From assembly GCA_964016885.1 (NCBI GenBank), contig OZ024740.1, forward strand, positions 120,404,001 to 120,468,000: 64,000 nucleotides of DNA, in the 5' to 3' direction. Position 1 is the stretch's first letter; the number at the start of each line of letters is the position of its first letter. The stretch is from Eledone cirrhosa. Taxonomy: Eukaryota. Positions 27,681 through 42,444 of this stretch are shown piece by piece. A program made the position numbers and the translations under genes. The notes beneath the pieces were generated by a model. The model searched no databases and was not told where the DNA came from. It was given only the letters and a program-made list of their open reading frames with translations.

Positions 27681-29644
27681 TATTTTACAATACACACTGT
27701 TTTTTGCTACAAGTATTTTAATGTTGTTGAGCAGGCATATTTGACTGGGACTTTTGACCCCAAAGGATGAAAGGTAAAGATGATTATAATGAGATTCGAA
27801 CTCAAATTATATAAGGCAAGAACAAATAGCATAAAGCATTTGTTCAGTTCCCTAATAATTCATATATAATGCAGATAGTCCTTTGTTACTCAACAGATTT
27901 ACCACAATTTTTTGTTTATTATTTTTTTACATTTTGCTCCAATGCTACAATAAATATATTTTTAAAAATACATATTTTACTGAATCTTATATATTGTATC
28001 CCTTCATCATTAGAAATGACAACCATTATTCTCATGGCTGTTCACATAAGGTATTTTTTAAATCATTGAAACACATTTTACATTTGAATTTTTGTTTAGT
28101 TCATAAAAACATTTCAATATTTATTGTTATGAAAAGTGACAGAGAGGAAAAACTATATTTGTACATTATATTGACAATGTAATAGGCAGAATGTAGAGCT
28201 GTTGTTCTACAACGGTAATATGAATAGATAATCTTTATTGACACTAACATACTTGAAGCACAGCAAAAAGGTAAGAAGAAAAACAAAACTAAATAAATCT
28301 TAAAGTTTCTCTTTAGGACTAAGAGTTGTCATGTGCTGTTATTGTTGTCCCTAAATAGCAATCCTAACTATATCAACTACTCCACACTGAAAAGCTCCTC
28401 CTGTTTGACGTTACTGTCAACAAAACTATAAAGCTTTCAACTTTGTTGTCATTACTTTATAAACATTTCTGTAAGTAAAGACAAATTCTTGCTTTGGGTT
28501 AATTCACCTGCTGTTACAATAATATTTAAATTTAAAACAGTACACTTCTTGTCGTTTTGTCAGATATATTGTCACGTTCAGTCATGATGTGAAATTCAAT
28601 GTATTACTGCATACTAAAAGACAATAAAGCTCAAAAATTTTACATTTTTTTTAATACTTTTTCTATCTGTCAAAACATTTTCATTTTAGGTATGTAATAT
28701 TACAGACTATTTTGGATTACACACACATACACACACACACACACACACATACTTGATAATCTGGGTCAATAATATAACATACACAGTACATATTTTTGGG
28801 AACTATCAGCAATTAAAGTACTTTTGAATATTTTCTTGCTTCAGGCAATTTTCTCATTCATCTTAACCTATCAAATTCTACCCCCCCCCCCCCCCCCCCC
28901 CACACACACACACCCTTCTATTACTGCAGTCTCCAAATCAGAGTGTCTGCATAAAAATCTCTGAAGAAATAATGTTCATCAATTCAACCAGAATTTTAAA
29001 AACATACACACTTAACAAAATTAATATGAAGTGGAGTGGCTGCTGCAGTGGATGTTGCTGGCCATTCTCTGCAGCAATACTGTTGCTATTTTATACATGG
29101 GGTGCAACTGAAACACAGCTCAGACTGGGGTGTTAGAGCTTGTTGCCCCCCTCTTCCTTTCTTTCATTGGTTAATTCTCTTTTTCTTACTCTTTTTCTTA
29201 TTTTTCCTGTTTTTTGTCTCCTTGTTGTCCTGTATATTGTGCATCTTTTTACAACTTGATATTTTGTATATAAATTCTATGTCACATTAAAAGAAAATAA
29301 CAATTACCTTTAAAAGGTTGAAAGGCAAATTTGATCTTGGTGTTATGTGAAATCAGAAGTCAGAGAGCCAAAATAAATACTGCAATATATTCTGTCCTAT
29401 ATTTTAACAACTCTGCCTATTCACTGCCTTGATAAATTCAGTATTACACAAAATATATAAAGATAATTATCAGTAAATGACTTAATAGAGACAGTTGCAA
29501 TGAAATATAGAATGATTAACACAATATACCGGTGGAAAGTGACATCCATATTAAATCTTTCTAAATATTGATTTTCCATGGTCATAATAAAATAATTGAA
29601 TAACCTAAGAAATGAAAAAGTAAATTATTTCAAATGAGATATAG

Positions 29645-29945
29645 AATGGTACTTTGCCTCGCAATCATAAATTCTTGGGTTTGATCTCAGGTGAGTATCA
29701 TTTCAATGTCATGGAAATTTGGTAGAAGGAGACTGATCAGAAGCATATCAGATGGATTTTATCTCTAATTCAAAGGGCCAAACTTGTCACACACTGTGTC
29801 TTGCTAAAATTCCTGGAGAATTATGTTAAGTTTACATGTGGCTGCAGAATGCTTAGTCACATGCATATTAATTTCATAAGCAGGCTGTTCCATTGATTGA
29901 ATAGCAGAAACATTCATCAGCAAAACTGAAAGAGGTTCATTCTAT
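29645..29945 (+). mobile_element. Family D SINE
   Basis: 'ttcaaagggccaaacttgtcacac...gcaggctgttccattgat' body shared with 8675-8960 and 34910-35015. Confidence 0.55.
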
Positions 29946-31262
29946 TCCACAGGTGCAAATTGACAGACATACTAAATCTTGATTCTCTTTGATCATAATG
30001 AAATAACTAATTGAATAATCCAAGAAAGGCAAAAACATGGTGTCTTAAATGAGATGTATATTCGTAAGCAAATCTAATTTTATCATTATTCTTTTATGTA
30101 GGAGACATGACATCAGTGGTAATATTTTTATTACTATATGATACCTTGTGAAGCAGAGATTAAAATGAAATCACATTAGTTTTATTTAGTGTATAAACCC
30201 ACTAGCATCAGTAAGGAAGCTCTCAGTAAAACTGTAGTATTTTAAACTAAAATCCCCCTATAAAATAGCATTTTTGCTAGTTAAAATAAATCATCTTTTA
30301 TGCATTATCAAATTTATTAAGTCTATTGATTTATATTTCATGATATTAATATTGAGATTAGTATTTTATAATTCATTATAAAAAGATAATTGATTTTTTA
30401 AAGGTAATTCAAATAAACATACTAATATTTCAATAACTTAAGAAATAAGTGTATTCAAAACAGTACCATGAGGTTCTCAATATTACTTGAGGAAAAACGT
30501 ATCACCTGAGGCATTTGCAATTTAATTGTTTGGAGATAATTCAAGTTAAAGCAAGACTTCTCTTATTTGGCTAGCAGCATTGTGAATAGTTTAATTCATT
30601 ATTATTTTAATCTTCTTTCCTTACATACATCTACTGAATTTCATATTTGAAAAGTTGAGCTGACTTAGGTTTATTTACAGAAATCCTTTTCTGATATTTT
30701 ATTTTTGCATCATCATCATTATTGTATTTATACTGGCTATTCTATTTTAGCATGGCATAAATAAGTCTTTTCTTGAAAGGCAATATTTTTGTGGTTGGAT
30801 ACACTTTCTGATGGCCCTTGCAATATCTTTTTAATTAAAGGTACTGAACTTTGTTTGCCAAACCATGGGACATCAACATCATTTCCTATTCAAATACTCA
30901 CCAGTGTGAAGAACAGATGCACATTAATTAATACATATATACAAATACATGACAGGCTTCCATACACTCTCTGGTCACCAATTTTACTCACAAGGCTTTG
31001 TTCAGCCAAAGGCTATAATTCAAGATACTGGCCAATAATTTGTTGGTGATCAAAATATTGGTATTAGTACTGATGTTAAAGAAAAATAAACAAATAAACT
31101 AGATGTTTTATAATATAATGTTCCCAACAATTTAAAGCTCAGATGACACCAGAAACAATCTTCAGTATAAAAAAAATTATATAATTGTGTTCAAAGATTC
31201 CCTTTGTTTATTCTCTTTAGTTTTTATTATTTTCTCTATTTTCAATTATCAAAATTCATTAT

Positions 31263-31450
31263 TGGTGGATTGGCAGTATCGGTAGAGGGTCGGATGCCAT
31301 GCTTTCCAGCATAGTTACGTCTCTTTACGATCTGAGTTCAAATCCCGCCGAGGTTGACTTTGCCTTTCATCCTTACGGGGTCGATAAAATAAAGTACCAG
31401 TAATGTACTGGATAATTGCTGGCCCTGTGCCAAAAGTATAAACAATTATT
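31263..31450 (+). mobile_element. Family A SINE
   Basis: A-box-like 'tggcagtatcgg', B-box 'gagttcaaatccc', Meta-like core. Confidence 0.88.
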
Positions 31451-31934
31451 GTGGTTCCTTTCATCCAATTGTTCTCTACAGTATAATTTAGCAATAGATG
31501 TGGGTGCTTGCAAAGAGATATGGTTTCTATACTTTTCAGCTTTATTGAGAATTTTATATCATCTACATTCCCAAACATAAGCTCATGGACGTTAGCATAC
31601 TTCTATTTCCTAAAATCCATTTCCATCACTGATCCATAGGAATGGTTCATGCATCTGATTCCATGAAAAATAGACTGCCACGTTGATTGTGATTTCTCTG
31701 ATAGTAATCAATAAAGTGTGTCAGACAGAAGAAGTTGTGAAAGGAAAACTGATGACAATAAGGATTCTTAGACCTAGCTACACTCCATATTTAATATTTT
31801 CCATGTTAGTGTTGTATTAGGTCAAATATAAACTTAAACAAACATCTTACAATATAAATAAATTCAATGGAATCACATTCTCAACAGAAATATCTGCCTC
31901 ATTACCTTCTGTGATCAAACTGTAGCATATTTAA

Positions 31935-32112
31935 CCCTTTAGCATTTACATTATACTATTGTATTTTCGCAGTAAAGACTTTATCTCACATAATATCGAA
32001 TCTATGAGGTTTTGATATTATTTATTTTGAGAATGTCAGCATAAATGACTAGTTTGAACAGAAAGAAGTGAGAGTATTCTGGCCGGATACATCCGGTTTA
32101 AATGTTAAAAGG
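31935..32112. mobile_element. TTAA-flanked MITE (piggyBac-like)
   Basis: TTAA|ccctttagcattta...taaatgttaaaagg|TTAA. Confidence 0.7.
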
Positions 32113-32890
32113 TTAAATGTCTTGGCTCTGGTTATTTGCATGCATTTTACTATAATATATAATTCAAGTAAAGAGGCTCCATGTAATTTACCTATTGTGT
32201 TGTCAAATAAATAGATCATATAGATGTATATAAGACTTAATTACCATGGAGCAGAACTAAAGAATAAACCATTCCAAATAAAATTGATAGAACAATCCAT
32301 AATAACAGTAAAAGAGCAATATTTCAGTTTGCAACTAAATTAATGCAATTTAATTTTGGAATAAACACCTATCTATAAAGTTGAGCAGTTAAGATAATAA
32401 TTATTACAAAATGAAATTAGATTACATTATATGGCAGTTAATTCAGTATCATCATCATCATCACCGTTTTACTTCTATTTTCTATGAGAGAAAAATTCTA
32501 ACCACAGACCTCTACTTATTACTGGTTTATATCCTAGATTTGCTTAAGTTGGTGGGCACCTGATTTGTATAGAATAGACTTTGCTATAGTCAATTAAATA
32601 AATTGCAAAACAAAATATTTCAACATCTGTTTGTGTTATTTATGTGTCATAAATGTAGTTTTCACTATTCATACATTTGTTTGGATTGATAGATGCATTA
32701 TCAAAAATGTGCAGTACCACATACATACACTAGTAGAAAAGCACCTGGAGATTGGCATTTCTGCAAGTCATCTATAATTACAGTTTTAAATTTAGTAAGG
32801 ACAATGATAAACAATGGACAAACAGTTAGCCAATAGGAGACCATTGGAGAGAATGGAGAAGATTAAAATAATAAATTGCCATATGTATTT

Positions 32891-32972
<82 letters not shown>

Positions 32973-33397
32973 TGGATAGATATTCCAAATCTTTATGTTT
33001 ATATGCACTCAATGTAACAATGTTTATATGCACTGAGCAGCATGTTGATATGTATTATTATTTATATTTATATGCAATATGAATAAAAGCAATTGTAGAA
33101 CTAAATTTAAACAAACAAACAAAATAACTAACACAAACAGATTCAAACAAAATAGTAAATTTTATCAAGTTTCAAATGTAAAAGCTAGGTTGAAGAACAA
33201 ACACACAAATAGATTTTCACATATACACACACACACATGAAAATGTATATGATGTGAGAAAACAAGTTACAAAGACAAGAAATAAAACTTCCAATCCATA
33301 ATCAATAAGTGAAACAAGATCCAAGAAATATTCAAAGATAAGTGATAATATCATTTGAATTCTATCTTTTGTTGTTGAATAATGAGAGCTCGTCACT

Positions 33398-33483
33398 TCA
33401 ATTAATCTGTTGAGATATTCTTTGAATTTTCTTTTTTGCAGATAATATATATTGACATGACGAATCATTCCATTTGTAATAAG
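33398..33483 (-). CDS. Candidate terminal exon of a C-type-lectin-like (pseudo)gene
   Basis: Pyrimidine tract plus ccag acceptor; phase 1 reads (A)YYKWNDSSCQYILSAKKKIQRISQQIN*. Confidence 0.4.
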
Positions 33484-34479
33484 CTGGAACGATGTGAATA
33501 AGAAAGCAGAAAAAAGATAGAGATATAATTACTAAATGAATAAACCAGTTTATTAAACACACTAATTAATTAAATCAAAGTCGTGTTTTAATGATGGCTG
33601 CAATCACTGTTTACAAGCCAATTTATCAGTCTCTTATTTTCTACCATATTTTAGTCATCTTTTAGTTGATCCATCACATAATAAGGTCAATAATACTCTC
33701 AGTGATCTTTGCTTAAATATAACATAGCACAACCATTGATCTCTCCTTCTCTCTCTTTCTCTCATTCTTTCTATCTATTTACCTTTCCCTCTTGCCAATA
33801 TCAATAATTACTGACATTATTGAAGTATCTGAAGGGATCAGTGATATGCTTTGTGATCTTTCCCCAGAAGGTGACGATAATTCTTCTTTCAGTTCCTGGC
33901 TCTGACATCATTAATCCTAATTAAAAATTGTCATGGATCATAGAAGAGAAGTTAAGTAATTAACTTGTCTTCTATGATCCATGACAATTTTACAATATAT
34001 AGTTTTAAGTGATAAACATCTGAGATCAAATCATTCATATGATTAGCTCCGAAGAATATGTTCCTTAGTTGCACCTATTTCAGCAAGTGATTTTAAGTGA
34101 GATAGCGTATTAAAACCATAAGTAAACTGCATTAATGTTTTACTAGTACATACATATTGTTATATTTGTAATATGTAGTAATAGTATATTATCATTCAGC
34201 ATTAAAATCTAGTATCCATTGAAAATACTTAATTAAAATCATAATTTAAAAAAGAGGAATACTCAATTTAACTAATGATTTATAACGGAGTGGAGTATGA
34301 AAACAAAGGTAGGTAATTATTGAGATGTACTATTATTACAAAATAATATAAGATTAGTGTTATGGAAAATTGCCATGCTGTCAGTGACCACCCTTGACAT
34401 GATAGAGAGCATGCGCATTGTCAAGCATGCAATTTTGTTTAGGTGATATTTTTCCTCACAGGCCGCCAACAATTTCTTC

Positions 34480-34765
34480 CTTCTCTACACTAACTCAGTG
34501 CACTCCTGTAACAAGGTTGGTGATAGGAAAGGCATCCAGCTGTAGAAACATACTAACCAAAGAGCTGGGAAGACTTCAAATATGTCAAGGTCATAACATC
34601 CCTAGTATTGGTGCCAAGACAAAATGCACATGATAGTGTGCAGGGGTTTATGTAGGACCAATGGTCTTCCTAGAGATTAGAGGCTCTGCTTGAGCATTGG
34701 CTGGTCTGTGACATGTGCATCCCCTGCTGATATTGAAAAAGGACCTTAAACAATGATGATAATTA
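34480..34765 (+). mobile_element. Family B-related SINE
   Basis: 'aggaaaggcatccagctgtagaaa' core and 'ggaccttaaacaatgatgat' tail. Confidence 0.55.
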
Positions 34766-37700
34766 TATATATATATAGAGATCAAGGAAACGACAAAACA
34801 GGTACAAAAAGTATTGTTAGTTTTATGGCTTTATAAAAGGGGAAAGAAAGTTTGACATGTGGGGTTTTAGCACTTACATACATACACACACTTGTATGTA
34901 TGTTAAACCTTCAGTAGTTTCAATGTGAGTGTTCCAGTTATTTAATCAACGGTATAGTATACTCATGAAATTAAAATGCAAGTGGCTGAACATTGCACAA
35001 ATACATGTACACTTAATATATATATATACATCTTCATGTATATATACATATATATATATACATGAAGATGGAGAGAGGGAGAGTGTGTGAGCATTTAGTC
35101 CTGATGCATGTATCTACTTGCATTCGCCTGTCAAGGTAAAATATAGGTACGATGCCTATATAACAGACAAGTACAAAGATGAATGAATTTGCTAAATTAT
35201 CTAGCCTGTGCTATCATGGGAAGAAAGAACACATAAAGCAGGAAAATAAACACAACTATATGTGTAAAGTATATTAAGAATAACATTTTAGCATCTCTCT
35301 GTGAAATGTTTCAGTGAGTAATTTTAAAGCTGAATGATTTTAAGCATTTAAAAAAAAAATTCTATTCTCTTTTTATCGTGTTCATATTTGTTTCATATAA
35401 AAGTATTTAGCAATAAAAACAATACCAGTCTTTTAGTAAAATGGCTAATATATCATACAAGAATGATTATCAAAAACCAGAAATTTTATGAAAATTATCC
35501 TCTAGAAAATTATATCTGTGTGTGTATGTATGTGTTTGTGCATGTAACATTGTTTTATGTGGAAAAATAAATACAAAGTATTTGTGGGGTTTGTAATAAT
35601 GCTTTCAATCAAGAAATTATGCATGGTGTATATATATATATATAGCACATAATTTCTTCATTGAAAGCATTTCTATATACACCTATACAATACACATACT
35701 ACACACACATATTAAACACAACCTTATGTAAAATAATGTCTTCCTTGCGACCTTAATATTCATCATATTGTATTTATAGACTAGATACTGTATCAGCATT
35801 TATGAGCACTGATGATCATGCCATAAAGTTTTATTATAAGTAGGTTTTCATAAACATTTTGCTGAACTAAAACAATATAATGGGCTGAGTGAAGAAATCA
35901 GGTATTTCAGAGAATATAAAGAGGGAGGAGGTGGTGTGAACTGAAATTTTGCTGATGCACTGAGGAGGATTAAACAATAACCATAAAACTGCATTATATT
36001 CCGAGCTGTGCATAGTTATTGATATAAAGAAGCTAATGGTGGAATTCTTGGTTGGAATATTAAGCGCTACTCTATGTGATGAGCAATTTGGTAAATGATT
36101 TATATTGTTAGTCTATGACATTGTAATGATAGGATCAATATACACAGCTGGGTTCATGAAAAGTTATGTGTTGGTGAAGAGTTAGTTCGTATCAATTCCA
36201 TTACTCTACGCTCTTCAGTTGCTAAATTATTTCCACAAGAGTGCCAAAATAAAGCGATTCGCTAAGCCTAGAAATTTTCTGACATAGAATATAAAAGTCA
36301 TTATAACTTTCAAAGCCATTTGACACCAGAAATTTGGTTTTGGTTTGAGAATAAAATGCTGAATAAAATATTTTTCAATGGTTCTGAATCCATGTGCAGT
36401 CAAGTTTCTGAAGTATACTGATATAATCTTTGAAGGTATGAAACCGTGGAACTGAAGGTTGTTAAGTTAGCATATTTTTATTTCTTTTCTTCCAAGGTTG
36501 CTCTGATTATGAAGATACATTTTCTTTCCAAATAAAAATTAAAGTTATTGATGCCACAGAAAAAACAAAACACATTTACCAAATTTTCCATAGATTACAA
36601 ATGGCAGAAAGATCTAGATGTAAAATGATCAAACATTAGTAAGGGATTTATGAAAACATTAAGCTGTTATCTGGAATAAAACCTAACCAAAATGTTATAC
36701 TAAATTATGATATAATTTTAAATATAAATATGTTAAAACAGAGGGGTTTGTACCAAAGAAAAATGAGTTGTTTCATGATGGTTGGCATCAAAACATTTTA
36801 TAGAAATTAAAATTGTCTCTTATTTAACAATAGACAATTTAATCATTACCAATTATCTACCCTATATATAAGTCATGCTCCAAATATCAGCTTAATAGTA
36901 AAAAAATTAGTTATATTACCACATGACTTTAAATTCTTGCTTATTTTCAAAATTATTTGAAAATTATATGCAATATCGTTTATTTGTAATATGGTAATAG
37001 ACAGGTAAAGACTTTGTTCCAATACGAATATGTAATTCATTAACAGATTAAATTTCCAATATAAAGTTACCCCTTTCATTATTATAGTTTTAATATAATA
37101 AACAGAAGTATGATTATCAAATAATTTTGAAAATAGTCAACAATGTGGAGAGATATAGTAATATATCTAACGTCCTTATTATTAAACTGGTTTTTGAAAC
37201 ATAACTTAAAGGTTCTTATAAACAATTATGATGGCAAGTGTTCAGATCAACATAAATATTTAAAAACAACCAGTTTTTTACTGTACAATTAGGGACAGCG
37301 CAATACAATTTGGCACTACAGGGTTATTAAAGTGCTGTCCTGGCAAAATAATTCAATAACTTAAAATAAATTAGTTCAATGCAATAAAATTCTTGTTTTC
37401 AGACATTTAAATTTGGTAAAATTAAAAATATATTTTAAAATTATATATAAAGAAAAAAAATCCATTATCTGTCTATCACCATTTATTTCCAAGATTTTCA
37501 ATGACGTACTAAATATTTCTGTTGACCTTTTGCTATTCTTAGGGTGAGATCAGTGTTCTAAGAAATCATCATCTAAATAAGATTTTTTTGGAAACATTTC
37601 TGTTGTAAATATTCATGTTTTCCTAATCTTCAACATTCAGACAAGATTAGATCAATGATGAGTTTAGTTCTATTCTTTTGCAGATGTTAGTTATTACTCA

Positions 37701-38389
37701 TACTCAACGGAAACTAAATTCAGACCTTATTCACTGGAACCATTTTTACTAAATTTGTTGTTGAATCTCATTAATGAATAACGCACATTGAATTTAACAG
37801 CTTTGAAAATAAGTTGAATAAGATTAGATTAGCTACAAAATACTTTGATATTTTTTCTGTCTGTATAGCTTTCTATTGTAGCTCTTATTTTAATTTTCAA
37901 TGTTTAGTATAGTGATTTTAAGATTAAAAAGCTATTCTGTTCTGTCTGATCAACCTTTGCTACAGCCATTGTAGAAATAAGAGATTTAGGTGTCCATGCC
38001 TTCAATAGGAATTCTATAGTTATAAATCAATATTACAATATACAGCCAACAAACTCCATTGCTTTGATACTGCTATGTTCATGGTCACCAGTTGTGGCTT
38101 GTTAAATAAATGTATTTCTCGTCATTTCTTTCTTTATATTTAAATTTAATCCACACCATTTCTGCTTTTGCGATATCATATTTTCTGGACTTGCACTGCT
38201 CTTAGATACAATTATTAAATTTCTGAACGTAATTGCTAAAACTAAAAAATTACAACTAAAGCTGAAAAGAAATAATGTTTGCTAACTCCATATTTCAGAT
38301 CCTTCTCCTTCTCTTTCAGCTAAAGCATGTGTAAGATGTTACAATATTTTAAATTCAACAAAGCACTTCATATTTGAATATATATTTAC

Positions 38390-38574
38390 ATAATTGTTTC
38401 TACTTTTGGCACAAGGCCAGCAATTACCCAGTGCATTACTGGTACTTTATTTTATTGACCCCGTAAGGATGAAAGGCGAAGTCAACCTCGGCGGAATTTG
38501 AACTCAGATCGTAAAGGGACGTAACTATGCTGGAAAGCATGGCGTCCGACTCTCTACTGACACTGCCAATCCAA
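38390..38574 (-). mobile_element. Family A SINE
   Basis: Near-identical to the reverse complement of 54749-54928. Confidence 0.88.
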
Positions 38575-39574
38575 TGCATGTTTGTGTGTTGCCTGTGTAC
38601 ATCTAAGCTTTCCTTTGTTACCAGCAGCTCAGCAATGTTACCACCTGTGCCAATGTAATAAGTGATTTGGCTTGCATAAACAAAAGTTTAAGGGTAATAC
38701 CAGCCACTCCAATGGTACTATGCAATTGAGGGGTTTCCATGTCTTTCCTTTATTCGTTTCTGACTTATTTGTATTGGTAGTGTTCACTACTATACTGGAT
38801 CAAATACTACTATCTTTAATACAAAGCATTGTGAGATATGTAATAAATAACTGATAAGTTTCAAAGAGCCAGTACAATGTGGTTTCTTGGAGAATGAGAT
38901 CATCCTCCAAAAGAAATATAGAACAGCCAAATAACAGCAATTTCACCACCATCACAACCTAGATACACCACCCCTCTGTGTACACTAAATACAACAGCCA
39001 GATAACGGCAATCTCACCACCAACATCACCAATCCCAGCATAATAATAATAATTACTATTATTGTATCTCAATTTTTCTCAAAATGTTTAATTCAAATAT
39101 TAAGGAAATATGTCAACATATATATTAAACATAGGCGACAAACCGCATAGATATACAGATCAAAGAAACGCATACTATCTACAGTTTATTCAAAAGAACT
39201 AAGTAGAGACAACGCCATAACTACAGTCACCGCCGCCCCCACTCCATCATTGCTACCACTATCCCATCACCGCCACCACTAACTTAAGAAATGGGAAGGT
39301 AACGGTATCACTAGACAAGGGAGAGGCTAGCAAAAGATATAAATAGACTGACTTAGTGACACGGTCAAACGTCAACAACTATGGCACTGCTGGCTCCCCC
39401 CTTCCCCACCAACAATAGAAAAAGCCGCAGCACCACCACCGACATAGCCAACAATAACAACATGCAACAAAAAGTATATTATATTATTAATAATAATTTC
39501 ATTCTTAAGCCACGCAGTGCTCACATTAAGGAACCACTCATGATAATAACAATTTAGAAAACAAAAAAAAAAAG

Positions 39575-42133
39575 AAAACCCCGTGACCAAGAAATACCAG
39601 GATGGCGGCTGAGAGGGAATAGCCGTGTCTCTAGGGGAGGATGACCCCTCTACTCTTGATTACCCCCTGGTGGTTAAGGATAAAACGCAACAAAATAAAG
39701 TCAATGTCAAATGATAAAATCTCATACCGGATCGGCCATCACCCGGGTCAAAAATTTTTGGTAAATGCCTTCACAGAGTCTCATGAGCTGTTTAGCCCAA
39801 CTTTACAATGAAATGGTTAAGGAGCCAGAAAAGATACCATCATGGCTAGTTAACGGCATTACATTCCTACTTCCGAAGAATGATGAGACAAACAATCCCA
39901 AAAATTACAGGCCGATAACTTGCTTGACCACAATATATAAAATTTTAACATCAGTCCTAACTGAATACACATATGATCACCTGATAACAAATGATCTATT
40001 TCCCAATGAGCAGAAAGGGTGTAAACAAGGCTCATAATGCTGTAAAGATCAACTTTTGGTTAACAAAATGATACTGGAAGACTGTCATAATAAATACAAA
40101 ATCTATCAATTGCTTGGATAGATTACAAAAAAGCATTCGATAGTTTGCCACACAGTTGGATTGAAAAATGTTTAGAGATTTTCAAAATATCTCCCGTTGT
40201 CAGGAGGTTCCTGTCATTCAGTATGAAGACATGGAAAATGACACTCCTTTTGAATAGTGAAAAAAAATCACTGGAAGCTGGAGAAGTTAATATTAATTGT
40301 GGAATTTTTCAGGGTGACTCTTTATCACCGCTTTTATTCTGCATCGCACTTATACCATTAAGTAAAATGCTCAATGAAACAAAACATGGTTATAAATTCT
40401 ATGACAAAACCATTAATCACTTGTTCTACATGGATGACCTGAAACTATTTGCAAAAAATGATGAACAATTGCAAGGGCTATTATCCACTGTGAAGCAGTT
40501 CAGTGATGAGATTAAATGGAGTTTGGACTAGATAAATGCGCCAAAGCAACGTTCACCAGAGGAAAGCTGCTGAAGAGTTCAGACATTAATCTTGATCGGG
40601 GGGAATGTGATAAGAGAACTTGATTAAGTGAAACTTACAAATATCTAGGTGTTTGTGAGGGAGACGGAATCAAGCACTCGACAATGAGGGAAAGCATAAG
40701 GAAGGAATGTTACCGCAGAGTAAGGAAAATCTTAAGGACGGAATTGAATGCAAGGAATAGGATCGATGCCATAAATAAGTTTGCCATACCAGTAGTAACC
40801 TACAGTTACAATGTCATCAACTGGTCAAGCACAGAGATCTGTAGGCTCGATACACAAATTAGAAAATTCTTAACCATGCACAGAATGCATCACCCTAAGG
40901 CAGATACAGGTAGAATATATCTCCCTAGGAAAGAAGGAGGACGTGGGTTAATCCAGTTAGATATTGCGGTGAAAACTGCATCAATTGGATTATCTACATA
41001 TCTAAGGGAATCACATGATTCGATGATCAAACTCGTTTTGAAACACGAAAGCATCAAAAGATCATACTTCATTACAAAAGATACACAAAGATACAGTAGT
41101 GGACTACAAATTTCAGAAGTTCCATTTACTACTGAAATGAAAAACACAGAAAAAGCAAGGCAGGTAAAAGTAACTGCAAAGAAAGAACTGCTACAAAAAC
41201 CGGTTAAGAAATGGCAAGAAAAGCCTCTGTATGGAAAATACCCAGAAAGAGCTAACAATCCTGATGTTGACAAAACTTTAACCCATCAGTGGTTGGCATC
41301 CTCTAGACTGAAATTGGAGACTGAAGGACTAATTATATCAGCACAAGATCAGAGTCTGCCAACAAAAAATTACCAAGCCAACATAATGAAAAATGGATGC
41401 CACCCATTATGCCGTGTATGTAAAAATCAACCAGAGACCATTGATCATATAATTTCAATGTGCAGTCCTATAACTCCAACCGAATACCTAAACAGGCATG
41501 ACAGAGCTGCACAATACATACATTGGATAATGTGTAAGCATTTTGACCTGCCCCATCAAAAGAATTGGTGGGAGCATCAACCATCTCCCGTACTTGAAAA
41601 AGATCACATCTTAATCTTGTGGAACTCTAGCATCCAAACAGACCAAAAAATAGATGCAAATAGACCTGAAGGACTTTAAAATGAGGGTATGCTTGCTAAT
41701 TGATATGTCCGTTCCAATAGACAAGAATGTCTCGATAAAAACATTTGAAATATTGAACAAGTATAAGGACCTGGAGATAGAAATTAGAAAAATGTGGAAA
41801 TTGAGAACTAAAACAATACCAGTGGTTGTAGGCGCTCTAGGAATGATACCTAAGGAGTCTAATGATTACTTATCGCAAATCCCAGAAAACCCGCGTATAG
41901 GAGAAATACAAAAGATAGTACTAATGGGAACTGCCCATATACTAAGGAAGATTCTGTCAATATAAGTACATCACAAGTCTAAACACCTAAATAAAGATGC
42001 ATGTGTGTATGTATGTTCTTTCTTGAACATGGCGGACCTTGTTGTCTCTTGAGGTCACTGGTTGTGACTTGGTGATAACTCGTGTGAACATAAAGCAAGA
42101 TAAATGCAAATGTAATAATAATAATAATAATAA
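39575..42133 (+). mobile_element. R4/Dong-clade non-LTR retrotransposon (RT, CCHC, restriction-like endonuclease), disrupted
   Basis: PKNYRPITCL, WIDYKKAFDS, GIFQGDSLSP, HLFYMDDLK, CRVC..ETIDHIISMC, RHD, ANRP, LIDMSVP; ends in (TAA)n at 42112-42133. Confidence 0.93.
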
Positions 42134-42197
42134 TGGTTTCTGATATAAGCGCAAGGCCAGCAATTTTAGGCTCTGTTTTTTAAAAAAATAATGATAA

Positions 42198-42402
42198 TGA
42201 TTTCAAATTTAAGCACAAGGCCAACATTTTTTGCAAATGGGAAAATTGATTAAATTGACCCCAATTCGTTACTGTTATTTATTGAAAGGATGAAAGGCAA
42301 AGCTAACCTCGGCAGGATTTGAAACTAGAACCTACAGGGATGTAACTCCATGACATGAAGCATGTTGTCCGACGCTCTACCGACTCTACCAACCCATCAC
42401 CC
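42198..42402 (-). mobile_element. Family A SINE (diverged)
   Basis: 'ggatgaaaggcaaagctaacctcggcaggatttgaa...ccgacgctctaccg'. Confidence 0.75.
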
Positions 42403-42444
42403 TTAATAATAATAATGATAATAATGATAATAATTCTACTTTAA

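Noticed and set aside
31460-31720. Possible minus-strand exon (ORF 31315-31578)
   Set aside because: ORF runs into a SINE; looks more like a decayed LINE RT remnant; no splice support
35890-38340. Traces of LINE endonuclease/RT-like sequence
   Set aside because: Too degenerate to assign family or boundaries by eye
39300-39420. TATAAATAG followed by an ATG as a possible promoter
   Set aside because: No credible downstream ORF or exon; motif common in AT-rich DNA
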